A DNA stretch of 64,000 nucleotides from Octopus vulgaris (Eukaryota): assembly GCA_951406725.2 (NCBI GenBank), contig OX597816.1:149792001-149856000 (forward strand). The letters are read 5' to 3'. The position numbers were made by a program, and so were the translations under genes. The notes under the pieces were generated by a model. It was not told where the DNA came from, ran no database searches, and was given only the letters and a program-made list of their open reading frames with translations. Positions 51,571 to 64,000 of this stretch are shown here, one piece after another (position 1 is the first letter of the stretch; every line of letters begins with the position of its first letter).

Positions 51571-54500
51571 CATATATTATGTGATGTCAGATCTCTCAGA
51601 ATGCTACTGGTAACAAAGAAATCTAGTATAATTTGTTACTTGGTTGAGTCATTGTAACTAAATTGGCACCATCACCAGTTTTGCATGGTGAAGAGTGTTG
51701 ATAAAAACCCAGCAGGACAAAAACACATCCTATCACAGATGCGAATATAAACCTAGCATAAAATTAATGAGTATCAAGTGATAATGTACAAAGACACAAA
51801 AATACTTGAAGTGGTAAACAAGCATGCTATCAGCTTACTTTGGAAGTGATGGACCCTTAAAACCTTGACCATAGCAGTAAGTAGTTGAGGAGTCACATTG
51901 TGGTTATATGTGTTATTCTGTGCATTGTAGTTTGTTTCTACAATCTGTTTTTGCTTGTTTGATATTATTAAATAAATTTCTTCATGGAGAACATGACATA
52001 TGATATGGACTGCAATAGTAAAGGATACCAACACTAATCTGTTTGGCTTTTGAACCCCTACCTTCCCTAGCAGATGAAACACTGGGCACAAATTCATGTT
52101 AGACAGTTTGACGGAGAGAGTGGTGTACCCTATGCACAAACTTATTTCTGTTTAGACATTAAAGCAAACTCTTCCAACCACAACATTTTCTTTTGTCTGT
52201 TTTGTTTCTGAACACTCATATACTGTTCTTGACAGGAGAATTTATCACACACACATATACATACATACACACACAGATGTGTGTATGTTAGGGTATGCAT
52301 GTGTTTGTGGGAAGCTGTGTCAGTATCTTCTGGGAGGGGACAGTTTTAATAAATTTTAACTATGAGGATGGTTTAAAATATATCAACAACTGAAAACTTG
52401 CAACAGTGAGGGGAAAAAAAATAGAATTAAAATATTTCATAAGTGTTCTTTAACAGCAGAGAAACAAATAAAGACTCAACAATGGCGGTATGGATAATTT
52501 GTTTTATGCAGTTATAAAACGGTCATGAAAAATTAGGAACCAGCTATTCCCAAGATATCAATATGTGACCAAAAATTGGGAACATGTCATCAACATCTTT
52601 GTTGTCATAATAACCTACCAAGTTATATATACACTACTTATTTCAAATAAGAAACTCCATGTGCAGATCAGCTAAGACAGTTGATTTACAACCTTCAAGC
52701 TCTGCGAAATTCTAGAAACTTTATAAAGCACATAGATTAAATTCTTTAATATGCTTGAAATGAGTCAAAAATGACTGACATTCAGGAGAGGAATAAGTTC
52801 CAATACTGTAGGACACTAAATACCTTAGTAAATACTAAAGTATTTATTTGTTAAATATATAAATATCAAATAACATAACTTATGACTGGATTTTCTCATG
52901 AACACGAAATAACAGATTTATAGAGAAGGAAATTAAATTGAACATTCTTCTTTTTGTTTTGAGCCCTATGGGCTACATAAATGAAATGAAAGGGCTAAAA
53001 TTGAGAATTCTAATCAAATCAAAAACTAGGATAACCATAACATAAATTTAAAATTAACTATTAATAATATTTATGCAAATAGCGCCACTCTATTGTTTAT
53101 ACAGCACTTTTACAAGAATAACAGTCAGGGACAGAGAATTTAATCGTAAAATTAGGGTTAATATCTAATGTAACAATGTTCAGTGCTTTGAATATCTGAG
53201 GTGAAATTTTGACACTCATGAAAACAAAACTGAAACAGAGACCCTTTATCTTTTCTATTTGAAAATTTAGACCTTCACAAAAAAAGATCTACAATCAAAT
53301 GAATAGCTGTGCTTTTCTTTGCATCACACTAAGAGTAAGGATTCTGATAATTTCTATAAGTAATGGACTGTGAAGAAGTGAGTGCATTATATAAATTATT
53401 TTGACATATGAACACACATACACACACACGAGGTAAATAAACATTTCTATCTCTTGACAATCCCACCTGTTCACAACATGTAAAGTTACCCTGACCCAAG
53501 GGAAATAATTGTTTATGAAGTTTGCTTTGTTTTTCAATAGTTTTATAACCAACATGGATTTTGATTGTAAATAGTAGATATGAAAACAAAACAGAAAACT
53601 GCTAAACTCATAACATCATATTTAAATTATAAATGGACCAAAAATAATAAATATCACAATTGTGTTTGTCATGGAACAGTCAGCAATGAACAAAAAGAAA
53701 CTGCAACAGGTTAATAAATAGGTTTAAAATAACAGACAATAAAACTCTGAAGATTAGCAAACACAAAAATGGGATTGTTGTAGAAAAGTCAATTATTTTC
53801 AAATGTAACAAATAGATAAGAGAAAAACAGAAAGTGTTATACAAGGTTATGGTGAATTTTAGTAAATAACGTTTTTTATAATACATATATATATATATAT
53901 ATATATAATTTTGTTTAATTTTTGTTGTGGTTCAGTAGAGAGTCTGTAACTTTAACACATTTCATATGAATAAAGTAAATAGCAAAAGTGCCAAGAAATT
54001 ATTTCTTCTTCTTCTTCTCTTAAGATTACTTTTGGTAAAAGAAATTATATTAATAGACTAATTTGTGGTGTTAAATAAATTTTGTATACTAGATAGCAAT
54101 GAAGAGAGAAAAAATTAGGCAAACATGAATAGAATGACAACATTTTTAGTTAAATATATTAAAGATAAATAAATAAAATGCATGAATCTGCATTTGTAAT
54201 CTACACTAATACATGTTGACTGATATATGTTTGTCTCAGAATGTAGGAAAGAGACACAAATATAAGACCAATTCATATATGATACCTACAAGTCAGGTAG
54301 CTAGTGAATGAAATATATATATCAACAGTATCGTTTTGTATCAGTTTTGGATAAATTAATGGTATTTGTTTTCTAAACAAAACAGGAATTTCTGCTACAC
54401 TAGAGGTAAGTATTGAAAGAGATACATTTTGATTTCTGAATTCACTATTGATTGAGAAGCCCATAGCCTAATTGGCAGTGAGATCAGTTGAATGTACTTT

Positions 54501-55061
54501 TATGTTCTGGGGCTCTATATTTAATGAATTAATTATTAAAAGGAAGAACACTATAGAAAACTTTCAAAATAAACATGTCAATATGAGGGATTATTCATGC
54601 AAAACAGTCTCTTCTATTTCATCATTCATCATCATTACAATATGATTAAATGATGACATATGAAGAGAACAATTAAATCAGACTTGTTAGATCAACCAAT
54701 GAAATCTAAGAAATACAACAAAGGGAATATAATTGCAGTTTAAATGTAATTTTTAAAGAATTTTTTAAACATTGTACTGGATTAAATCAATCAAGTTATG
54801 AGCTGTAAAATAACTTAATTTAGAAAAATGATTCTATGAAATTAATTCTTGAGCTTGTCACTTAACTAATTGCTAATATTGATAACTTTTTAAAAGTTAC
54901 ACATTAAATGAAATGTTTAATTTTAGAAAAATAATTGAAATAAGGAAAATACTAGGAAGTAATATAAAGATAATAGCAGCATATTTAATACTACTTCATA
55001 AATTAGGATATTTTTTTACACATGAAAGAATTGACTAATATTTTACAAGAAATGTAAACTC

Positions 55062-55114
<53 letters not shown>

Positions 55115-55148
55115 GTAGTAGTAGTAGTAGTAGTAGTAACAGCAGCAG
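55062..55148. repeat. Compound (ATT)n(AGT)n(AGC)n microsatellite
   Basis: Directly visible. Confidence 0.95.
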
Positions 55149-55878
55149 TACTCTATAATGCATGGTTAGCATTATTTTTATTATTTACTGTAAACTTGTC
55201 ATTTGTTTATGTTTCATTATGGGCAATAATGAATGTAAATTCCCTCTCAGTCTTTGACAATTCTTCTAAGCCTTTTGTCGTTCACAGTTAGGATTTCCTC
55301 AGTTTACTGACAGTGTAAAAAAGAACTAGACATTGAAAGAAAACTATCTCAAACTCTAGAGATATAATAGAAAGAAATATTTTACTAAATCTTATAATCA
55401 GTTATCTACAATACTTGTTTTTCAAAGATGGTCCAAAGTTTCCTAAATTTTTAAAAAAATAAACAGTATTTGGTGACATTATTAGTTTCCATAACAATAT
55501 GGCAATTAATTGGAAATACGAGTTCTATGTTCCTCATGGCAACAGAAAACTTCTCACAGTTTTGAGGTACAATTTCTTTTCAATATTTTTGCTCTTAGTA
55601 ATTTTTAATTTACTTATGATAAAAAGAGGATAAGATTTGGAACAAAGATCCCAAAAGATATCTCATATACTGAAACTTAAGAAATCAGTAAATTTTTCTA
55701 AAAATTTATCAAATGTATGCTATAATGATTTGTACAATCAAATATATTTATAATTAAAAATTAAATAAAAACAAACTATACAGATATTAAATTGTGTGCA
55801 TCGTAAGAATCTGCAAAAAAAAAAAAATTACTTTTTAATAAATAACAATCTGTTCAAGAAACCACAAATACAGCATGC

Positions 55879-55917
<39 letters not shown>

Positions 55918-55946
55918 TATATTATATATATATATATATATTATAT

Positions 55947-56135
55947 TGGGGTAGGCTGGTTTATGGGGTTACCCTGGGTTTTTCACTCATAAGTGGTTTA
56001 GCCTTATAGCATATCTTCAAACCTCAAACATTGCTGGCCTGAGATCTCTTTAAAAAAAGAGGTCTCAGGCCAACAGTGTTGAGTTTATATTACGTGCAAG
56101 AAACCCAGGATAACCTCATAAACCAGCCTACCCCA
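55947..56135. mobile_element. Palindromic MITE-like element (~190 bp) in an AT microsatellite
   Basis: ~36-bp outer arms tggggtaggctggtttatg.ggtta.cctgggttt / aaacccaggataacctcataaaccagcctacccca, plus inner arms cattgctggcctgagatctc / gaggtctcaggccaacagtg. Confidence 0.8.
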
Positions 56136-57015
56136 CAATAATATTAACTGCTCTACATCTTAAAGTCTGCTTCTTCTCTGGATTTATGTATTTCTACAAG
56201 TGATATATAGATGTGTGTGTATGTATGTATATATAACTTACTGTTCTGTTAAGGAAAGCTCAACAAAAAAACATATTCTAAGTGAGAGACAAATATTAAT
56301 TACTGTACACAGCATAAAGATATGAGCTACTAATAGTTTCTTGCTTTGGAGATGTGGGTCTAGGCCGGTTTTTATAACATGCCGTGTCTGCCAGAAGTCA
56401 TCAGGCTGTATGTACGTGTGTATATATATATATATATATATATGGGTTGGACAATCCAACATATGTCAGCATGAAACACGGACATTAAATGATGATGATG
56501 ATGATGAATTATAAATATATACATATACATACATATAATATACATATGTGTGTATGTATATATATAAACATATACACATACAGCTCCACTTATATAAATT
56601 CACACACATACATAGAAATATATATAAACATATATGCATTTAGTATATATATATAATACATACACACACATTAATATATACATGCAAAATATGGGAGTAA
56701 GAATTCTTGGATGTGTTCACTGAAAAATATAAATAGTGATGGATATAATAAGTTAGAAGATAGAATATCTTTTCTTTTTTTATGATAATTTATATACAGA
56801 AGTATAAAATATATGAATTTTCTTAAGCAAAAAGTACACTACAGCTTATTTTACATTTGGTGTAGATGTCTAGCACTGGAAAGATTGGCTGTGGTCTATC
56901 ATTTCCTTAGAAAATTCCTGACATTATACATATCTCTGTTTTTAAATAAAAGAAGAAAAAAAAACTAGATACTTTCATATCCTCTGATACATTTTACTCT
57001 ATCATTACTAATATG

Positions 57016-57078
<63 letters not shown>

Positions 57079-57548
57079 TGCATATATGTAAGTATCAATA
57101 TACAAAATTCACAGGTGAAAAGACATGAATAAACTGTGTTCTCCACTCAAGACGCTTAAATAAAGAAAAGGTAAATAGAGAGCATAATGTAAAGTAAATA
57201 ATGAACGCCAGAAGAACAAGGGTTAGTAGTCCTGTGATATATGTGTGTGTGTATAAATATAGACATGTATTTATATATAAGCATATATATATATGCACAT
57301 ACACATTATGTACATGTATCTATATGTATGCATGTATATTCCATAAAAAGTATATAGTGTATTATCTGTACGTTATACCCATGTATACTATTTACATAAA
57401 TATGTATATCTATCAATTTACACACATACAGAGTCATGTAAAAATCTATAAGTGAGATTGCACTTGTTTATTTGTCAATATAGTGGGTATATTATTCAAA
57501 GTATTAAGAACCCTATTTGCAAGATCAAATGTAAAGTACTATATACTT

Positions 57549-57601
<53 letters not shown>

Positions 57602-57680
57602 GTATATCTATGTGTGTGTGTGTGTATGCAAGTGTGTATGTTATACATGCATACATATGTAGTTGTATCTATCTATCTAT

Positions 57681-57728
<48 letters not shown>

Positions 57729-57989
57729 ATGTGCTACACACACACACATATTTATCTATAAGCCGGTATTTATGTAAAAATGTGTAATATGTGATCTGCA
57801 TATGGTCTATATGAATTGTAAGAGAGAAAATGTTGATGAGTAAGAATAAGTTTGAGCCCAGCTTGAAATCTGGTGAGTGAAAGGTCTAATAGCATAAGCC
57901 ATTGCACTATTTTTAGTAGAAGAATTGAACAATATGAACATGATCTTCCTCTATGTTATGTCAAAAGATGTGCTTATATAATGAAATAA

Positions 57990-59633
57990 CACAATATCAA
58001 ATCGGTATTTATTAAAAGCAGTGTCAAATTCTCTCTCTGCTTGTACTCATACATACATTAGATATAAATATACAATCACACACACACACATGTATCCATA
58101 CAACGATATATGTGTGTGTGTGCATGTATATGTAGGTATCTATGTATATATATATACAAACACACACATATACATACATACATACATACATATATGCACA
58201 TAATCTCTCACATGCACTTATGTTCACATGGACATACATATATATATAATATATATAAATAATATAATATATAAATTATACATATATATATATACAGAGA
58301 GAGAGAGAGGGAGAGAGGAGAGAGAGAAAGGGTCATATAAATAAGTTTATGTACATGCAACAATAACAGGTAAGCTGCATAATTGATCTGTGTGGAACAG
58401 CAGTTGATATGCAATATGTAATTTGAGAAAACAATTTACCATATATACCTGTTAGAAAGATGAAAAAAATGTGAGGCAGCATGCTTTAGTATTATCATAA
58501 ATATTAATATGTAGTTTTACAAATATTTTTGATATCATACAAGGACATTAACCTATAAAGAAAAATTAAACAAATGTATAAAATGTTGGCCTTTTTAATA
58601 ATTTTTAACACAGAACCATGATAATTACCCTATATGATATGTTAGGTTGGCATGTATGAAAAGAGGGAGTAAACAAACAAATAACGTAGGTGTGTGTGAA
58701 TGTTTCTAGAAGAATTCTCCATTGGTAGATAATATTGAATTTAAGGACATGCATTAACAAACAAATTTTCATACATATATATACACATATATACGTGTGT
58801 TTGTGTGTATATATATATATATATATATATGCATACATATGCACACACATACATATACATTTTAAACAGGTATTATTCATATAGTATATGTGTGTGTGTT
58901 TATGTGTGTGTATATATATTTTTTAAAATATTTAATAAAAAACATCTTCCTTGAAAATATTTTCATTCTGTTTTATATAGTGGTTAACATTGTGACCAAG
59001 AAGCTAGTCATACCACATATACAAACACACACATACAGTCTCTCTCACTTTTCTTTCTCACATATACACACAACCCCCAATGTATCCTTGTTATGTTTAG
59101 AAATGCAAAGTCAATAACAACAGCAGCAACAAATAAAGGTAGTTATTTAAAAATAAACAGAAAAAAAACCCCCACAACAACATGAAGATAAATAGCAAAG
59201 CAAGTTAAAAACAATATATTAAGAAATTCAGTATTATTTAGGGACGGGTATTTCAATATAGGAGAAAAAGTGATAAGATGCAAAAATATTTAGAGGAAAG
59301 CAAAACACATTAAAAAGAGACAATAAAAGAAAAGTAGTAACTTAATGATGGTGATTAGTGTTCAAGAGAGCTGGGGAGGTGGCTATTGCAATACGCAGAG
59401 TGTAACAGCCAGAACTCCTTTATAAACTCCTGATGTCATCAAAATGGGAATCACATGCGTTAAGAAGTAGATCTGAAGAATATCCACATTAAAGCCAGCA
59501 TGGCCACAACCAGAGTGCTAATCCAGCATTACTGTTCATGGTAGTGCTGTTGCTAGTAAAGTGATGGGTATGCTATTGACTGTAAGTTGGTGGTGTTGTT
59601 GGCTCCTCAGTTTAAACATCCTAACATCTTTCT
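57990..59633 (-). other. Candidate terminal exon/3' UTR of a minus-strand gene entering from the right
   Basis: Acceptor ttttttatctcctgcacAG before 59633, then unique higher-GC sequence in which all frames stop quickly (RKMLGCLN*, ERC* or a 31-aa frame). Minus-strand AATAAA near 58008-58013. Confidence 0.25.
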
Positions 59634-59983
59634 CTGTGCAGGAGATAAAAAAACCACGGAACAATGGAGAGAGGGTGAACAAAAAGTATAGCTAGCAACA
59701 TTTCTCTAAAGTAAAAAGAGTGAATATATACATGTATGCATATGTGTATATATATATGTACGTCTGTATGTACATATGTATGTATGTATGTATGTATTAT
59801 GTATGTATATTTGTATGTATGTATGTATGTACAATAAATAACATAAAAATAAAACAAAATTTATTAAAAGCAATTTTTATCACAGAAGGGAAGTTGGTGC
59901 AAGGAACAAAAAAAAGCACAAGGATAAATGGAGAATTTATATTCAAAATATATAAAAAAAAACAAAACACACACTCACACAAA

Positions 59984-60014
<31 letters not shown>

Positions 60015-60544
60015 ATTATGGATATTTGATGAGAATTATTCACACAGATCAAAATCAACTATTGTTCTGTAGAGTAAAGGTTTAGAGTTGTTACCGTCAG
60101 GGTATCATCTGATGCTTTCGAAAGCAGACAATTATATTTTTTATATCACCACAAATGCTTTGTGATGTAAAAAAAAAAAGTCTATTCTCTGAAGCAATTT
60201 TAAATAAAACTTCCAAGATAGAACATTTAATAATTATCAAGAGAGTTGGTGTGATGTTTGCAGTTTTCAATATCACCTGGAGTCAGTGCATTACAAAAAT
60301 GGATAGACAGACTGACAAATAGATTGACACATAAAAAGAAAGGAGCATAGAAAATGGACATGTGTAAACATACACACACAAAAGTAATTCAGCAAGAAAT
60401 TTGTGAGAAATGTGTTTGGATATTATAATTATAATTAAAATTATTATTATTATTTCTATTATTATCGTTGTTGTTATCATTACTACTGATTAGTTAGTGT
60501 CAAGGATTTGTTAACCTTAGCAGTGGGAATTAGTTATGATAATA

Positions 60545-60945
60545 ATTAATACTAATTTAGGGATAAAGTCAGCAATTTTTGACAGGGAAGAGATTAGTCA
60601 ATAAATCAACCCAATATTTGACTGGTACTTATTTTACCAACCCTGGAGGGATGAAAGGTTTAGTTGACTGTGGCAGGATTTGAACTCAGAACATAACGAG
60701 CTGCTTTGTTCAATGCTCTAGGGATTCTGCCAATCCACCATCCTTAATAACAATGATTTCTCTTTTAGGTAAAAGACTCGTAATTTTGAGGGCAAGAGGT
60801 TAGTTGATACCATCTACCCCAGTACTAGACTGGTACTTGATTATATCAAGTCCAGAAGGATGAACTCAGAATATAAAGAGCTAGAAAAAAACTATTAGGT
60901 ATTTTTCTGATACTCTAATGATTCTGTCAATCTGCTGCCCCAAAT
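60545..60945 (-). mobile_element. Two tandem SINE copies (second family)
   Basis: The actggtactt...ggatgaa...gaactcagaa core occurs twice, head to tail. Confidence 0.75.
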
Positions 60946-61574
60946 AATATTAATAGAAGATATAGAAATTATTCAAGTTAATGGAAGGAAATGATTAGAG
61001 AAGAAATAGTTTTGTAAGAGATATTTCCCAAAACTCTGGCATTTCTATCAGAAACTGCTTATAATATATCATATATTATTTTGATTTTTTCTTTCTGCTT
61101 AAAAGGAGCTGTTAGGATGATGTTACATTAGGTTATGGACTTGATTTAAATATAAGAACTGCTCACTGATACATAAAATAATTCTGAGTAGAATGCTAGA
61201 GTCCATCACATTAATTTCTGAAAGTGATCGTGTTAAGATAAAATATTTCAAATTCATAACAATATTAATTTTCATTAGTATCTTAAGCAATAAATATAAT
61301 AAAAGAATGTCTTATTACTTGGTAAAAAAAAGAAGAACCACACAAAAGAAATAAAATCATTAGACTTCATATTAACTTGTCTCACATGAAAATGTGAAGA
61401 AAATTTTTTGATTAATTTCTATGTTTCCAAAATGTTCATGTGAAAGTAAATGTTTGGATGTATATACCTCAATAAAATACATGCATGCAAAGGGCTACTG
61501 ATGTAGTTTGCATGTATACAAACATCTCAACAAGGTAGATGGGCACAAGCACAGATACAGAAAGTTAGATATGA

Positions 61575-61651
<77 letters not shown>

Positions 61652-62187
61652 CACATGCATGTATGCACTTTAACAAGGTACATGTACATAAACATTTACT
61701 GAAAGTTAGGTGTGTGTATGTATTAACACATCTATACAAAGGTATTCCACCCAAAACTGAACATCTGAAAATAAAATATCTGAAAGCTGTTTCAGCATAC
61801 ACATGTAAAAATACATATTCAAGAGATTATAAATATCCCTTTTCTCCCTTTCTCTCTCTCTCACACTCTCACTCTCATTCACTTTTTCTCTTTCTTTCTC
61901 ATTTAAAGTGCTGGGTCAGCTGACTGGTCCGACTAAGCTTGTAGGGATTGTTTGAAGACAAAAATAATATCTCCAAAATTATACATCAAACAGCAACATT
62001 TTGGTGGCAGGACGATTCAAAACCTAGCTCTCATTCCTTGGTTGTCATCAATATTATTTTTTTACTGCACCTGAATATCAGGAGAGAAAAATGAACAAGT
62101 TTAAGATTGCCAGCAGCAAATGCTTATAATCTTCTGTCTTTCCTTTTGCATTATCCCATTCTTAGTCAAGTTCAATTATTTGAACTA

Positions 62188-62197
62188 AATATATATA

Positions 62198-62234
<37 letters not shown>

Positions 62235-62620
62235 GTAATAGATATAATATATATATATGTAATAGATATAATATATATATATGTAATAGATATAATATAT
62301 ATATATATGTAATATATATAATATATATATATAATGTATACATAATATATATATAATATATATGTAATATATGTATATATATTACATATATATGATACAT
62401 ATATATAATGCATATATATTACATATATATGGTACATATATATATAATGCATATATATTATATATTACATATATATGGTACATATATATATAATGCATAT
62501 AAATTATATATATATATATACATACATAAATAAATTCATATATATATATATCTAATACACACACATTTATAAATACATATATTGACACACATACACACGT
62601 GTGTGTGTATGTATATATAC

Positions 62621-62682
<62 letters not shown>

Positions 62683-62712
62683 ATATATATATATATATAT
62701 GAATATATATAA
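62188..62712. repeat. AT micro/minisatellite complex
   Basis: (TA)n with higher-order units atatgtaatagatataat (x3) and atatg.tacatatatataatgcat (x3). Confidence 0.9.
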
Positions 62713-63321
62713 TTTCTTTTCTTAAATAAAAAACAAAATAATTTTCTGTAAATGTTCTTTCTTTTGCTTCTTTTTTCTTTTTCATATTAACAGGAAACTG
62801 GAGTATTTGGATGACAGCAGTAAAAATTTCATCAAAGTAAAAAAAAAAACAAAAAACTTTCCTTCCTCCTTCCCTAAATACAGAGAGACATTCTCCTTTA
62901 CCTTTTTTTTTTGTCTTTTTAAAAACAATACCAGATTAATGTTTTTGTGTTACTTATTGGTTGAGATATCCACCCACTCTGACCATGTTAAAAAAAAAAT
63001 CCTTAAAAAAATGAAAAAAAGAAACAAAACATGATGTTTGTATTTCTGTAAAACTTGTCATCTTTTTTTGTTTGTTTCTTCACATTACATGTAGAAAGTC
63101 TTGTCTGATGAGTCATAAGCATTGATGCAAATGAACTTTTTCATTTAGTCATTCACCAGTGTTTGTTATAAAGAAGAAACCATCATTAAAAACATGTAGA
63201 AAATAATTAAATAGCATTTCCAACCATTTCAGAAATATAGGAAAGAGTCAGAGAAGGTGGAGATGGAGAAGGAGGAGGTGAAGACTGTGCTTGTGGTGTA
63301 AGGGTTGTTGGGGTAAGTGAA

Positions 63322-63325
<4 letters not shown>

Positions 63326-63363
<38 letters not shown>

Positions 63364-63369
63364 TATATA

Positions 63370-63454
<85 letters not shown>

Positions 63455-63465
63455 ATATATATATG

Positions 63466-63552
<87 letters not shown>

Positions 63553-63585
63553 AAGTATATATATATGTATATATGTATGTATATA

Positions 63586-63642
<57 letters not shown>
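63326..63642. repeat. Long interrupted (TA)n microsatellite
   Basis: Directly visible; other (TA)n runs lie near 41445, 44425, 50815, 51160, 55880, 57018, 57551, 57690 and 61577. Confidence 0.97.
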
Positions 63643-63643
<1 letters not shown>

Positions 63644-64000
63644 GAAATATAAAAATAATAAGTCTTTAAAAACTAGACATTTTGAGTTAAAAATTAGGAA
63701 CATTATAAACTGCATTTTATAAAATGATTAGTAATAAATTAAAAGAAAAAATATGATTCATATTTTTCACACACACACACATTGACACATATCATAAATT
63801 ATATAAACTTAAATTATAGAAAATTAAATGTACATTCTTTTTGTTTGTTTACAGCAATATTAAAAAACCCCAACAAACACACAAATAAAATGCTCTATTT
63901 TTTCCACACGTTTTCAATTATCATTGTTATTTGTTATTATTATTATTATTATCAGTGATATTTTTGTTTATATTCTTCTCAAACTGACATCATCAGCATT

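Noticed and set aside
51920-51946. gtgcattgtagtt matches the 5' part of miR-33
   Set aside because: The match stops at 13 nt and there is no pre-miRNA-length hairpin.
63105-63140. CTGATGAG as a hammerhead core
   Set aside because: No closing stem II followed by GAAA; the same applies to CTGATGA near 12284, 22694 and 50499.
63232-63312. Plus-strand AG...GTAAGT exon-like segment
   Set aside because: Stops in all three frames and no supporting gene context.
57000-63722. Numerous YIYI/HTHT-rich ORFs
   Set aside because: Translations of (TA)n and (CA)n microsatellites.

Overview
AT-rich, repeat-dense eukaryotic DNA. The tRNA-SINEs, (GAT)n-tailed RTE LINEs and (TA)n load suggest an octopus (inference, not verified). 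The one confident host gene is a ZNF800-like C2H2 zinc-finger gene (+ strand, single-exon CDS 15779-19909), with a probable non-coding exon at 15508-15607 and a CpG-rich, TE-free putative bidirectional promoter in the first ~3.8 kb. The rest is nested mobile DNA: RTE LINE fragments, a full-length frameshifted mariner (9327-10598), MITEs, a deleted Gypsy element, Penelope remnants, two SINE families and microsatellites. The most notable signal is a young, ORF-less, hairpin-rich 363-bp repeat at 31446-32275, arranged as one inverted plus two tandem copies. Each copy carries a minimal type I hammerhead ribozyme with a UUGAAAA core (U3-A8 instead of C3-G8), making it a candidate Penelope-dependent retrozyme/circular RNA element. 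All calls were made by eye, without searches or folding software; repeat boundaries are approximate.
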